Positions 8,173 to 17,755 of a stretch of 64,000 nt of DNA are shown here, in pieces (within the stretch, counting starts at the first letter, position 1; every line of letters starts with the position of its first letter). The notes under the pieces are model-generated. The model searched no databases. It was not told the DNA's origin and saw only the letters and a list, made by a program, of their open reading frames with translations. Both the position numbers and the translations under genes were made by a program. Source of the stretch: Sphingomonadaceae bacterium (GTDB lineage: Bacteria; Pseudomonadota; Alphaproteobacteria; Sphingomonadales; Sphingomonadaceae); contig JBKBKB010000003.1 in NCBI GenBank assembly GCA_046294735.1, positions 228,921-292,920 on the forward strand, read 5' to 3'.

Positions 8173-9396
8173 TTGACTTGGGGCAAATCCCCGCCACAGG
8201 ATTTTGCTGGCAGGCGCAGGCTGGATAAGGGGCCCGAGGTGGCAGGTGAAGAAATAGTGATCCGTCCGATTGCGGGCAAGGCCGGACGCAGCGCCTTCGT
8301 CGATTGTGGACGCCGCTTCGCAGCTGCCGTGCCCAACAGTGTGCCGCAACTCCGTTCCGAACAGCTCGAACTGGTCGATCCGGACAAGAACCCGTTCTTC
8401 GGCCATGCCCGTGTGCAGCTGTTCCTGGCGGAGCGCGGGGGCCGGGCGGTGGGCCGGATTTCTGCCCAGATCGACGAACTCGCCCTCGCCGTTTCGCCGC
8501 AGCAGGGCTTCGGCCCGGGCACCGGCATGTTCGGCTATTTCGATGCCGAGGACGAAATCGTCGCGCGTGCCCTGCTGGATGCGGCGGAGGCATGGCTGCG
8601 CGAACAGGGCATGACGCGCGTGCTCGGGCCGATCTCGCTGTCAATCTGGGAAGAGCCTGGCTTGCTGGTGCGGGGGCAGGATCACCCGCCGATGATCATG
8701 ATGGGGCATCACCCGGCACACTATCGCGGCTGGATCGAGGCGGCGGGTTATGGCGTGGTCAAGACCCTGCTGACCTACGATCTCGACGCATCGAAGGAGT
8801 TTCCGCCGCTGGTTCAGCGGATTGTCGCGTCCGGAGAGCGCAATTCGCGGATACGCGTGCGACAGGTCGACAAGGCCCGGTGGAACGAGGAAGTCGCAGT
8901 GGTTCTGGGCATCCTCAACGACGCCTGGTCGAGCAACTGGGGTTTCGTGCCCTTCACGCCGGACGAGATCACCTATGCCGGCAAGAAACTGCGCCCGCTG
9001 ATCCATGAACCGCTCAACATGATTGCCGAACTTGACGGCAGACCGGTCGCCTTCATGCTGACCTTTCCGGACGTAAACGGTGTCCTGTCACGGATCGGAG
9101 GCAAGCTGTTCCCGCTGGGGTGGTTCCACCTGCTGCGCTGGGCCCGCAACCCGGCCGGATCGGGAATGCGCGTGCCATTGATGGGCGTGCTGCGCGAATT
9201 CCACAGTTCGCGCCTGGCCAGCCAACTGGCCTTCATGATGATCAGCCAGATTCGACAGAACGCTCATGCTCTTTACGGAACGACCCGGGGCGAGGTTGGA
9301 TGGATTCTTGATGACAATCAGGGGATGGTGGCGATTGCCGATGCGATCAACAGTAAGGTCAATCGTGAATATCTGATCTTCGCCAAGCCGCTATAG
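8173..9396 (+). CDS. Tandem-GNAT-fold N-acyltransferase-like protein (YghO/BcerS-like family candidate)
   Basis: About 385-407 aa. Two GNAT-like halves (RISAQIDE...GMFGYFDAEDE...AEAWLREQGMTRVLGP and WSSNWGFVPFTPDE...PVAFMLTFPD). Start is uncertain: ATG 8173 or GTG 8239. The family assignment is from memory and was not searched. Confidence 0.6.
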   Translation: MTWGKSPPQDFAGRRRLDKGPEVAGEEIVIRPIAGKAGRSAFVDCGRRFAAAVPNSVPQLRSEQLELVDPDKNPFFGHARVQLFLAERGGRAVGRISAQIDELALAVSPQQGFGPGTGMFGYFDAEDEIVARALLDAAEAWLREQGMTRVLGPISLSIWEEPGLLVRGQDHPPMIMMGHHPAHYRGWIEAAGYGVVKTLLTYDLDASKEFPPLVQRIVASGERNSRIRVRQVDKARWNEEVAVVLGILNDAWSSNWGFVPFTPDEITYAGKKLRPLIHEPLNMIAELDGRPVAFMLTFPDVNGVLSRIGGKLFPLGWFHLLRWARNPAGSGMRVPLMGVLREFHSSRLASQLAFMMISQIRQNAHALYGTTRGEVGWILDDNQGMVAIADAINSKVNREYLIFAKPL

Positions 9397-9410
9397 TTCT
9401 CAGGCCGGAC

Positions 9411-9445
9411 AGAAAAAAGGCCTCCGCCGGGGGGGCGGAGGCCTT
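9411..9445. terminator. Perfect 12-bp GC hairpin with a run of A on the left, giving a U-tail only on the minus strand
   Basis: AAGGCCTCCGCC (9417-9428), a GGGGG loop, then GGCGGAGGCCTT (9434-9445). AGAAAAAA lies upstream on the plus strand. Downstream on the plus strand there is only TTCGGG. Confidence 0.7.
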
Positions 9446-9498
9446 CGGGATCATGTCACCAGCCGTTTGGACGGGAGGGGGGGTCTCGGCGGTGACAT
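9411..9498 (-). ncRNA. Candidate small RNA (~88 nt): two hairpins, C-rich loops, U-tail
   Basis: On the minus strand, AUGUCACCGCCG pairs with CGGCUGGUGACAU around a 21-nt loop AGACCCCCCCUCCCGUCCAAA, followed by the terminator hairpin. GGAAC-N16-CATT lies just upstream (9529-9505). No expression data are available. Confidence 0.4.
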
Positions 9499-9597
9499 CC
9501 CATAAATGTGCTTTTGCGGTCGAGGTTCCCGTTTGCATCCAAAAATTTTTCCCCGCCTGCTTGCAAAGCGTAGACCATGGTGGTTCGGGGCGGTGCG

Positions 9598-9622
9598 GGA
9601 ACCGGACCGGAACCCCAACGTT
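9598..9622 (+). promoter_or_regulatory. EcfG-type (general stress) promoter of phyR: GGAAC-N16-CGTT
   Basis: GGAAC at 9598-9602 and CGTT at 9619-9622, about 50 nt upstream of the phyR ATG. Confidence 0.8.
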
Positions 9623-9672
9623 AAAACCGCAATGGGCGCTGCTGTGCACGGTTCAATCTAGGGAAGGGATTT

Positions 9673-10467
9673 ATGATGTCGCTTGGTGATCAGGTCGCCG
9701 CCAATCTGCCGTTGCTGCGCCGTTATGCGCGTGCGTTGACCGGCGCACAGACCACCGGCGATGCCTTCGTGCGCCAAACGCTGGAGGCGGCCCTTGCCGA
9801 TCCCGCGCTCAAAGCCTCGCTGGCCGATGGTCGGGTTGCCCTCTACCGCGCATTCAACAAGGTCTGGTCTGGCACTCAGTTGGAGGCGGTCGGGTCGGAT
9901 CGTGCCGCCGATGGCCACGAAGTTGCGGCGCAGGACCGCCTTCGCGCCGTGACTCCAGTGGCGCGTCAGGCGCTATTGCTGACCACGCTGGAAGGCTTCT
10001 CGGCCGCAGAGGCGGCCGATGTGCTCGATTGCAGCGAAGGCGAGGTTGCGGAACTGGTTCGCGAGGCGATTGCCGAAATCGACCGCGAGTCCGCCACCAG
10101 CGTGCTGATCATCGAGGATGAACCGCTGATCGCCATGCAGCTGGAAGACCTTGTCACCGCGCTTGGTCATGAGGTCTGCGGCACCGCTGCGACCCGGACC
10201 CAGGCCCAGGACGTGTTCGCGCGCACCACCCCCGGCCTGGTCCTGGCTGATATCCAGCTCGCCGATGGTTCAAGCGGCCTTGATGCGGTCGATGACATTC
10301 TCGCTGTTTCCAGCGTTCCCGTGATTTTCATCACGGCCTATCCGGAGCGACTGCTGACCGGCGATCGACCCGAACCGACTTATCTGGTTACCAAGCCGTT
10401 CCGCGAAACCACGGTTCGGGCGGCGATCAGCCAGGCTCTGTTTTTCAATTCGACCCGTCCAATCTGA
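9673..10467 (+). CDS. phyR: Anti-anti-sigma factor / response regulator PhyR
   Basis: N-terminal sigma-like domain (LPLLRRYARALTG...ARQALLLTTLEGFSAAEAADVL) joined to a C-terminal receiver domain (VLIIEDEPLIA...LADIQLADGSSG...TKPF). Confidence 0.95.
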   Translation: MMSLGDQVAANLPLLRRYARALTGAQTTGDAFVRQTLEAALADPALKASLADGRVALYRAFNKVWSGTQLEAVGSDRAADGHEVAAQDRLRAVTPVARQALLLTTLEGFSAAEAADVLDCSEGEVAELVREAIAEIDRESATSVLIIEDEPLIAMQLEDLVTALGHEVCGTAATRTQAQDVFARTTPGLVLADIQLADGSSGLDAVDDILAVSSVPVIFITAYPERLLTGDRPEPTYLVTKPFRETTVRAAISQALFFNSTRPI

Positions 10468-10493
10468 CCGCCCGCCGCTCCGCTCATCCCAAA

Positions 10494-12200
10494 TCAGGGA
10501 TGGCGGCTGCGGGCGCGCAGGGCAAAATCACTCGGCAAGCGGACTGGCACCAGCAGCTCGCATCGCACTCCTTCCGGCAGGAACTCTATCTCGACCGGCT
10601 GACCCAGTTCATGGGCGACGATCCGCTCGATCAGGTGCAGCCCGAAGCCGCGTGGGCGGGTGCCACTGACCTGTGGCCCGCCGCGCTCCTGCCACACCAC
10701 CCGAACCAGCTTGTCCGCCACCATGTCCCATTCCAGCGTTACGATCCCGCCGACCACGCTCAATGCGCCAAAACGTGCGGCGTTGGTTCCCAGTTCATGT
10801 ATGGCAAGCCCAAATGACAGCGCATCGTTCGGAGCCAGCTGCACCGGCGGGCCATTCAGCTCTACCACCCATTCGGACTGGTCGAGATAAGGGGCGAGTT
10901 CGGCCTCGACCACGTCGCGCAGGGGTGTGGTGCCCCATTTGGACATGGTCAGCAGGTCGTGCGTGGCCGACAGCGCGCGGACGCGCCCGTCGAGAGCATC
11001 GGCAAAGTCATCGATCCGCTCTGCCCGGTGCCGCGTGAGGGCAATGATCGACAGCACATTGGCAAGCGTGTTCTTGACCCGGTGGTTGAGCTCTCGTGTG
11101 AGCGAGTCACGGATCGAATCCTGTTCCCGCAACCATTCCAGCGCTGCGCGGTCCTCATTCGCCTGCCTGGTCAGCAGACGGATCAAGGCCAGTAGCAACC
11201 CGGCGACCAGCAGTCCAAATGCCAAGGTCAGCACCGACAGTCTGGAAAGGCCAGATCCGCGCTCACCTTCCAGTTCGAGAATCATCGGGCGGTTGGCGAA
11301 ATTGACCGACTGCAGCACCGACAAGCCGTCTGCCTGACTTTTTCCGAGTTCGGCCAGCAGGGAATCGTCGCTTGGCGCGCCGTCATAGAGCCGCAACGCA
11401 TGGTTGTACTCAGGTGTCAGCTGGACCGAGGAGGAAAGGAAGTCCGCTGCGTTGAACGGGCTGTAGATGAAACCGCGCAATTGCCGACTTGAGCCCAGTC
11501 CTTCGAACACGGGCATATAGAGGAGAAAGCCCGGCGCATCACTCCGGCCTTCCTGAACCAGCACGACGCGGCCGCTGGCAGTGGGCCGGACGCTGCGCTC
11601 GGCCTCGTCCATCGCGGCGCGGCGGACGCTCTCGGAATACATGTCGTATCCGATTGCCCGCTGGTTACGCTCCGTATTGGGGTGGAGATAAGTGACCGGA
11701 ACAACCCGGGCGGCACCGACCAGCGGGCGCGGCGTGACCCGCAGGGGCGCGCCGAACTGCGCGCTCTTTTCCGCCTCGAACGCGGGGACCTGAAGCGGCG
11801 CAAGCGCGCGGGCCCAACCGACCCCTTCGGCCCCCAGATAATTGCTGTTGATCCGCAATTCGTCGACGAACGCGGCAAAATCCTCGCGCGACAGTTCGCC
11901 CTTGGTCGCGAACAAGGCGGCTCCCGCCCGCAAATAGGCCGCCGCCCCGTCGCTCCGCCGTTCGAAGGCCGAGGCAACGGATTGCGCTTCCTCGCGCAGT
12001 TTTGCCAGCTCGCGATCGCGCTCACCTGCTTCGATCGAGAAGATACTAACGGCCGTGACCGCCCCGATCAGCAGGAAAATCACAATCGGCATGGCGCGAG
12101 GGTAATCGAGCATCCATCGGCGTGCCCTTGCCCCGCCGGGCAGCTTGGATTTGAGCAGTTCAGCCAACCGTCGTCCCGCCTTTCCAGTATTGTCTGGCAA
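10494..12200 (-). CDS. phyK: CHASE-domain HWE/HisKA2 sensor histidine kinase (PhyK-like)
   Basis: N-terminal TM segment, a periplasmic CHASE-like region (VTYLHPNTERNQRAIGYDMYSE...PGFLLYMPVF), a second TM segment, the H-box ELNHRVKNTLANV and the N-box HELGTNAARFGA. The track start at 12200 is a TTG. ATG 12113 (MLDYPRAMPIV) is an alternative. Confidence 0.85.
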   Translation of the reverse strand: MPDNTGKAGRRLAELLKSKLPGGARARRWMLDYPRAMPIVIFLLIGAVTAVSIFSIEAGERDRELAKLREEAQSVASAFERRSDGAAAYLRAGAALFATKGELSREDFAAFVDELRINSNYLGAEGVGWARALAPLQVPAFEAEKSAQFGAPLRVTPRPLVGAARVVPVTYLHPNTERNQRAIGYDMYSESVRRAAMDEAERSVRPTASGRVVLVQEGRSDAPGFLLYMPVFEGLGSSRQLRGFIYSPFNAADFLSSSVQLTPEYNHALRLYDGAPSDDSLLAELGKSQADGLSVLQSVNFANRPMILELEGERGSGLSRLSVLTLAFGLLVAGLLLALIRLLTRQANEDRAALEWLREQDSIRDSLTRELNHRVKNTLANVLSIIALTRHRAERIDDFADALDGRVRALSATHDLLTMSKWGTTPLRDVVEAELAPYLDQSEWVVELNGPPVQLAPNDALSFGLAIHELGTNAARFGALSVVGGIVTLEWDMVADKLVRVVWQERGGPQVSGTRPRGFGLHLIERIVAHELGQPVEIEFLPEGVRCELLVPVRLPSDFALRARSRHP

Positions 12201-12205
12201 GATGG

Positions 12206-12230
12206 GGAACCTTGCTCGGTCGACATCGTT
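12206..12230 (+). promoter_or_regulatory. EcfG-type promoter of nepR-ecfG: GGAAC-N16-CGTT
   Basis: GGAAC at 12206-12210 and CGTT at 12227-12230, about 77 nt upstream of the nepR ATG. Confidence 0.8.
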
Positions 12231-12306
12231 CCCTCGTCAACATATGTATCGCACTTGTCCCCCCCGGCCCTGTGTCGGATCGGCAACAGACAATCTGGTA
12301 AGTAAA

Positions 12307-12501
12307 ATGGCAACACAGGATTTCAGTGGTAGCGGTCAACCGCCAAGGCGCCCCCCTTCATCGAGGCCAGCCGGGTCGCGTCATGGTGGGCAGGCCCCCG
12401 AGTGGGCCGACGGGCTGCGCAAGCTCTATGACTCAGTGGTCGATGAACCACTCCCGGATGCTTTTCGTGACCTGCTCGACAAACTCGATCGGGACGCCTG
12501 A
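12307..12501 (+). CDS. nepR: Anti-sigma factor NepR
   Basis: 64 aa. ATG 12307 lies inside track ORF 12145..12501. The C-terminus LRKLYDSVVDEPLPDAFRDLLDKLD is the conserved NepR helix pair. Its stop overlaps the ecfG ATG (TGATG). Confidence 0.85.
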   Translation: MATQDFSGSGQPPRRPPSSRPAGSRHGGQAPEWADGLRKLYDSVVDEPLPDAFRDLLDKLDRDA

Positions 12502-13109
12502 TGGCCATCCATGATCTGACTGCGGCCGATCGGGCCGCGTTCAAGCGCGAACTGAGCGAAGCCATTCCCCATCTGCGCGCGTTTGCCCGGGGTCTGTGTG
12601 GTCGGCCGGATATGGCCGACGATCTGGTGCAGGAAACCCTGCTCAAGGCCTGGGCGGCGCAAAACCGGTTCGAGCCGGGCACCTCCTTTCGGGCTTGGAC
12701 CTTTGTCATCCTGCGCAACGTCTATCTCACTGAAATGCGACGCAACCGCTTTCGCGGTGAGTACGACGAAACCCAGGCTGAACGCATCCTCGTCACCTCT
12801 GAAACGCAGGAGGAACCGATCCACCTGGCTGACATGAGACGGGCCTTGATGGCATTGCCAGACGAACGGCGAGAGGCCTTGTTGCTGGTCGGTGCAGGCG
12901 GGTTCAGTTACGAGGAAGCGGCGCAGATTTGCGGCTGTCCGGTAGGGACGATCAAGAGCCGGGTCGGCCGTGCCCGTGCTGCGGTGGCAGCGATGCTGGA
13001 AAGCAGTGATATGCCGCGCGGTGACGGTGAACCGGCGGCAACGGCCCACGCTGCCATTATCCAGGAAATGGAAGATCTGGCCGCCGCTGCCGCTCTGGCC
13101 CACTCCTGA
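12501..13109 (+). CDS. ecfG: ECF sigma factor EcfG (general stress response)
   Basis: Region 2 reads DDLVQETLLKAWAAQNRFEPGTSFRAWTFVILRN. Region 4 reads REALLLVGAGGFSYEEAAQICGCPVGTIKSRVGRAR. The gene is translationally coupled to nepR. Confidence 0.9.
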   Translation: MAIHDLTAADRAAFKRELSEAIPHLRAFARGLCGRPDMADDLVQETLLKAWAAQNRFEPGTSFRAWTFVILRNVYLTEMRRNRFRGEYDETQAERILVTSETQEEPIHLADMRRALMALPDERREALLLVGAGGFSYEEAAQICGCPVGTIKSRVGRARAAVAAMLESSDMPRGDGEPAATAHAAIIQEMEDLAAAAALAHS

Positions 13110-13148
13110 AGCCGACATTGGCCTGTCCTTAGCGCCGGATAATCCCGC

Positions 13149-14354
13149 TTGCGCCGCAACCGGCCCCGCGCCACAGATTGCGTCATGTCCGAGGATGCCC
13201 CGCCCCCGCCCCTGACACGCCAGGCTCGCAGCGCCTTTGCGGCAGAAGAGTTGCGGTTGATATCCGCATTGGTTCTGATGCTGGGCGTGGGCCTGTTCCT
13301 GGCCCTGCCGTTTGTGCTGTCGATCGGGTCGGTCGTGTTCCTGCCGGTGGTTACCGCAGTGGTCTTGATGATCGTTCTGTCGCCGGTGGCTGACCGGTTG
13401 GCCCGGTGGGGATTGCCCAATGTCCTCGCATCACTGGCGGCATTGATGGTGTTCGTTGCCATCCTGATGCTGGCCCTGGCCCTGATCCTGCAACCGGCCA
13501 TAACCCTGTTCGACGAGCTTCCGGCCATGGCCCAACGGGTCGGCGACCGGTGGGGCGAATTCCGCGACCAGTTCAGCTGGCTGGTGGCTGCCAATGAGCG
13601 GTTTGGAGCGCTGCTTGGCGGAGATCAGGCCCAGCGGGTGGTGCTGGCCAGCCCTTCAGTGCTGGAGCAACTGGCGCTGGCAACGCCCAGCGTTCTGGTC
13701 GAAGTGCTGCTGACCTTCCTGCTGACGTTTTTCATGATTGAATCGCGGGTCCGGCTTCGGCGGCACTTGCTGTTTGACCGCGCGTCGCATGGTACCAGCA
13801 TCAAGGCAGCGCAGGTCCTGCGCGAGATACAGGACCGGGTGGCGGCCTACATCCTGACCGTGGCCCTGATCAACACCGGGGTGGGCGTGGTGGTTGCGCT
13901 CGGCGCTTGGGCGCTGGGGCTGGATGCCCCGGTGATGTGGGGCGGCCTTGCCGCGCTGCTCAACTTCATCCCCTACGTCGGCCCCCTGGCGATGACGGCA
14001 TTGCTGGCGCTGTTCGGGTTGGGGACGGCGGAGACCGTTCTGCTTGGCCTTATCCCCGCAGCGGCCTATCTGGCGCTGCATACTGTCGAATCCAACGTCG
14101 TCACACCCTCTGTCCTGGGCGCGCGGTTCACGGTCAGCCCGGTAATGATCCTGATTGCACTGAGCTATTTCTCGTGGATCTGGGGGGTGTTCGGGGCTTT
14201 GCTGTCGGTCCCGATCCTGCTGATCCTGACCGCGCTGTTCGACCATATCGGCCGCCCCAACCTGGTCGGATTCGTGTTCGGTGAACCCCTGTTTGCCGGC
14301 CACCACGATGCGGCAGGCCTGCATCCGCAGGACGAGGCTGGCGGGAACCCGTAA
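13149..14354 (+). CDS. AI-2E family (PerM/UPF0118) transporter
   Basis: Multi-TM protein with NFIPYVGP and a C-terminal SVPILLIL pattern. ATG 13185 is an alternative start. Confidence 0.78.
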   Translation: MRRNRPRATDCVMSEDAPPPPLTRQARSAFAAEELRLISALVLMLGVGLFLALPFVLSIGSVVFLPVVTAVVLMIVLSPVADRLARWGLPNVLASLAALMVFVAILMLALALILQPAITLFDELPAMAQRVGDRWGEFRDQFSWLVAANERFGALLGGDQAQRVVLASPSVLEQLALATPSVLVEVLLTFLLTFFMIESRVRLRRHLLFDRASHGTSIKAAQVLREIQDRVAAYILTVALINTGVGVVVALGAWALGLDAPVMWGGLAALLNFIPYVGPLAMTALLALFGLGTAETVLLGLIPAAAYLALHTVESNVVTPSVLGARFTVSPVMILIALSYFSWIWGVFGALLSVPILLILTALFDHIGRPNLVGFVFGEPLFAGHHDAAGLHPQDEAGGNP

Positions 14355-14378
14355 CGAGCGCCCGCCAGCCGGACCGGA

Positions 14379-14990
14379 TCAGGCCGGATAGGTCCAGGCC
14401 GTGCCGCGGGCCAGGTTCTCCGAGGCAAAGCCCCAGTTGAGCTTCCCGCCAATCACTGCGTCGAGATAGGCCGGGCGCTTGTTCTGGTGGTCGAGGTAGT
14501 AGGCGTGCTCCCACAGGTCGATCACCAGCAGCGGGTTGAAGCCGCCGTCAGCCAGCGTGTCGCCGTCATGGGTTTCCTCAATGCTGAGCTTGCCGTCCTT
14601 CTCGGCCAGCCAGACCCAGCCGCTGGCGAAATGGCCCACGCCGCGGTCGGCGAGCTGCTTGGCCAGTGCGTCGTGCGAACCGAATGCGCTGTCGATCATC
14701 GCAGCCAGCTCGTCTGAAGGGGTGCCGCCGTCAGGCGCCAGCGAATGCCAGAAAAAGCCGTGGTTCCAGCTTTGCGCGGCATTGTTGAACAGGCCCTGGT
14801 TGCTGCCGCGCGCCGCGACAATAACCTGCTCCAGTGATTTGCCGGCAAGGTCAGTGCCCTCGATCGCGGCATTGGTCTTGTCGATATAGGCCTGGTGATG
14901 CTTGCCGTGATGGTAAGAGAACGTCTCGGCTGAGATGGCAGGTTCGAGCGCGTCAGCGGCATAGGGCAGGTCGATCAGAGTGAAAGGCAT
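14379..14990 (-). CDS. sodB: Fe/Mn superoxide dismutase
   Basis: [27 protein letters not shown]...[13 protein letters not shown]...[15 protein letters not shown] lies 6 nt upstream of the ATG. Confidence 0.95.
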   Translation of the reverse strand: MPFTLIDLPYAADALEPAISAETFSYHHGKHHQAYIDKTNAAIEGTDLAGKSLEQVIVAARGSNQGLFNNAAQSWNHGFFWHSLAPDGGTPSDELAAMIDSAFGSHDALAKQLADRGVGHFASGWVWLAEKDGKLSIEETHDGDTLADGGFNPLLVIDLWEHAYYLDHQNKRPAYLDAVIGGKLNWGFASENLARGTAWTYPA

Positions 14991-15049
14991 GTCAGCTCCT
15001 GTTTGAGGGGTTCAGTTGGACAATACACTGCGAGCGTTTCGGTTGCAGG

Positions 15050-16318
15050 TCAATCGCTCCGCGCACGCTCGACGGACGAGGCGACCGCAACGTTCATGGT
15101 CACGTTGCCGAGGGTGCGCATGATGTCAGGCAGCATCTCCACCGCCACCAGCAGGGCCAGCGGCTCGACCGGCACGCCCATGGCGATTGCAATCGGGCCA
15201 ATCGAGATGACGAAGCTGATCGAGCCGGGCAGGCTGACCGAGCCGACGCTGATGACAAATGCGACGGCAATTCCCGCCAGCAAGACCGTCGGAGTCAGCT
15301 CGACCCCCGCCAGCACGGCGATGTAGATCGCCACTGCCATGTTCATGGCCGGGCTGGTGGCGCGGAAGATCGCGACCGCCAGCGGCAGGGCGAAATCGGC
15401 GGTGCTGTCGCGCAAACCGAGCCGCTTGGCGCTGGCGAGCATGGCGGGCAGGCTGGCAAGCGAGCTCTGGGTGGAAAGGGCCACAGCCTGGGCCGGGATC
15501 ATGGCCCGCCCGAAGGCCAGCGGAGAGATGCGCCCGCCGATCCAGGCGAGCAGGTAGCCGCCGATCAGCACTACCGCGCCCATCGCCGTAACCGTCAGGA
15601 TATAGTGCAGGAAGGTGGCGAACGCGCCGCCTCCCGCCTTGGCAGCAACCCCGATGCCGAGCGCGAATACCCCCAACGGGGCCAACCACAGGACCCAGCC
15701 GATCAGGGTCAGCATGGCATTGGCCAGCGCCCGGAACAGGGCCAGCAGGGTGTCGCGCTGCCCCTCGGGCAGGCGGGCCACGGCCACCGCGAACAGCGCA
15801 AAGAAAATGGTCAGCGGCAGCATCGCGGTTTCGGCTGCCGCAGCAATTACGTTGGGAGCGATCAGCGAGGTGACGAAATCGGCCAGGCCCGGCACTTCCT
15901 GCGCACCCACGCTGCCGGTGTCGAGCAGCGCCTGCGCCGCCTGCGGGGCCGGGAAGGCCGTCAGCAACAGCGGCATCAGCAGCGCCGCCGACAGCCCGCT
16001 CAGCACCAGGATAGCGAACACCAGCAGCAGCATGCGCCGTGCCACCGCGCCAGCGCTTGCCGCCAGCACCAGCTTGGCAATGCCCATCACCAGCAGGGCA
16101 GCTACCAGCGGAATGATGGTCATCTGCAGGGCACGCAACCACAGCTTTCCGGCCACGTCTGTAACCGGCAGCACGCTGGCGAGCACCGCGCTGTCGGACA
16201 CGATCCAGCCCAGCACCAGGCCCGCCATCAGCCCGCCGAAAGTCCACCAAACGGGCAGGCGAATCGCGATCAGGTCGCTGGTTTCGGCTTTCGCCCCATC
16301 CACTTTGGCTCGATCCAC
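15050..16318 (-). CDS. Dicarboxylate/amino acid:cation symporter (DAACS family)
   Basis: C-terminal [16 protein letters not shown]...[17 protein letters not shown] pattern. The start is uncertain: I prefer GTG 16318 or 16303 over the track start 16546, which would overlap glmM. Confidence 0.78.
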   Translation of the reverse strand: MDRAKVDGAKAETSDLIAIRLPVWWTFGGLMAGLVLGWIVSDSAVLASVLPVTDVAGKLWLRALQMTIIPLVAALLVMGIAKLVLAASAGAVARRMLLLVFAILVLSGLSAALLMPLLLTAFPAPQAAQALLDTGSVGAQEVPGLADFVTSLIAPNVIAAAAETAMLPLTIFFALFAVAVARLPEGQRDTLLALFRALANAMLTLIGWVLWLAPLGVFALGIGVAAKAGGGAFATFLHYILTVTAMGAVVLIGGYLLAWIGGRISPLAFGRAMIPAQAVALSTQSSLASLPAMLASAKRLGLRDSTADFALPLAVAIFRATSPAMNMAVAIYIAVLAGVELTPTVLLAGIAVAFVISVGSVSLPGSISFVISIGPIAIAMGVPVEPLALLVAVEMLPDIMRTLGNVTMNVAVASSVERARSD

Positions 16319-16417
16319 GTTCGCTTGCCCTTCCCTTTGCCGCCGTTCCGCGCCAGAAGCCCGTGGCCAATAACCGCGTGGGCGCCAAGCCCCAAGCAGC
16401 AAACGGAATTCGCAGAT

Positions 16418-17755
16418 ATGGGACGCAAGTTCTTCGGCACTGACGGTATTCGCGGGCAGACCAACCAGGGCGCGATGACGGCGGCCATGGCGATGAAGGT
16501 CGGCCAGGCGGCGGGGGCGCATTTCCGCCGCGGCGATCATCGCCACCGGGTGGTGATCGGCAAGGACACGCGCCTGTCGGGTTACATGATGGAAAGCGCG
16601 CTGGTCGCCGGCTTTACCAGTGTGGGCATGGACGTGATCATGACTGGCCCGTTGCCGACCCCGGCGATTGCGCTACTGACCCGTGAAATGCGGGCCGACA
16701 TGGGGGTGATGATTTCCGCCAGCCACAACAAGTATCAGGACAACGGCATCAAGCTGTTTGGCCCGGACGGGTTCAAGCTGTCGGACGAGGACGAGCTGGC
16801 GATCGAGGCGCTGATCGAAAGCGATGTGCCACTAGCCCCATCCGAGGCCATCGGGCGCGCCCGGCGGATCGAGGATTCGCGCGGGCGTTACATCCACGCG
16901 ATCAAGCAGTCGATCGCGAGCGATATCCGGTTTGACGGGCTGAAGGTGGTGGTCGATTGCGCCAATGGTGCGGCCTATCAGGTCGCGCCTTCGGCAATCT
17001 GGGAACTGGGCGCGGAGGTGATCGCACTGGGTGTCACCCCGAACGGTACAAACATCAATGCCGGGGTCGGGTCGACCGCGCTCGATGCGATCAAGGCCAA
17101 GGTGGTCGAAGAAGGGGCCGATGTCGGCATTGCCCTGGATGGCGATGCCGATCGGCTGATCGTGATCGACGAGACGGGGCAGGAGGTCGATGGCGACCAG
17201 ATCATGGCGCTGATCGCCACCCGGATGCTGGAGCGCGGCACCCTGCGCGGCGGCGGGGTGGTCTCCACCGTCATGTCCAACCTGGGGCTGGAACGGTATC
17301 TCGGCACCATCGGCCTCACGCTGGAGCGGACCAGGGTGGGTGACCGATATGTGCTGGAACGGATGCGCGAAGGCGGGTTCAATGTCGGGGGCGAGCAATC
17401 GGGGCACATGATCCTGCTCGATCATGGCACCACTGGCGACGGTACCATGGCCGCGCTGCGGGTGCTGGCTGGCCTGGTCCGCTCGGGCAAACGGGCGAGC
17501 GAGCTGTGCCATGTGTTCGACAGGGTGCCGCAGCTGCTGCGCAATGTGCGCTATGCCGGCACCTCGCCGCTGGAGAACGCCGGCGTCAATGCCTGTATTG
17601 CCGATGCCGAAGGCGAACTGGCGGGCAAGGGGCGGCTGGTGATCCGTGCATCCGGGACCGAGCCGCTGATCCGGGTGATGGCCGAAGGCGACGATCCGAC
17701 CCAGGTCGAGGCCGTGGTGGCGAGGATCTGCGCCGAGGTGGAGAAAGCCGTCTGA
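16418..17755 (+). CDS. glmM: Phosphoglucosamine mutase
   Basis: [16 protein letters not shown], the active-site segment [14 protein letters not shown], and GEQSGH. ATG 16418 lies inside track ORF 15605..17755. Confidence 0.95.
   Translation: MGRKFFGTDGIRGQTNQGAMTAAMAMKVGQAAGAHFRRGDHRHRVVIGKDTRLSGYMMESALVAGFTSVGMDVIMTGPLPTPAIALLTREMRADMGVMISASHNKYQDNGIKLFGPDGFKLSDEDELAIEALIESDVPLAPSEAIGRARRIEDSRGRYIHAIKQSIASDIRFDGLKVVVDCANGAAYQVAPSAIWELGAEVIALGVTPNGTNINAGVGSTALDAIKAKVVEEGADVGIALDGDADRLIVIDETGQEVDGDQIMALIATRMLERGTLRGGGVVSTVMSNLGLERYLGTIGLTLERTRVGDRYVLERMREGGFNVGGEQSGHMILLDHGTTGDGTMAALRVLAGLVRSGKRASELCHVFDRVPQLLRNVRYAGTSPLENAGVNACIADAEGELAGKGRLVIRASGTEPLIRVMAEGDDPTQVEAVVARICAEVEKAV

Noticed and set aside
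9359-9689. Track ORFs 9359..9649 (minus strand, 96 aa) and 9453..9689 (plus strand, 78 aa) in the intergenic region upstream of phyR.
   Set aside because: Neither has a Shine-Dalgarno sequence or any recognisable family features. They run through the terminator hairpin and the EcfG promoter. RNA structure and promoter elements explain this region better.
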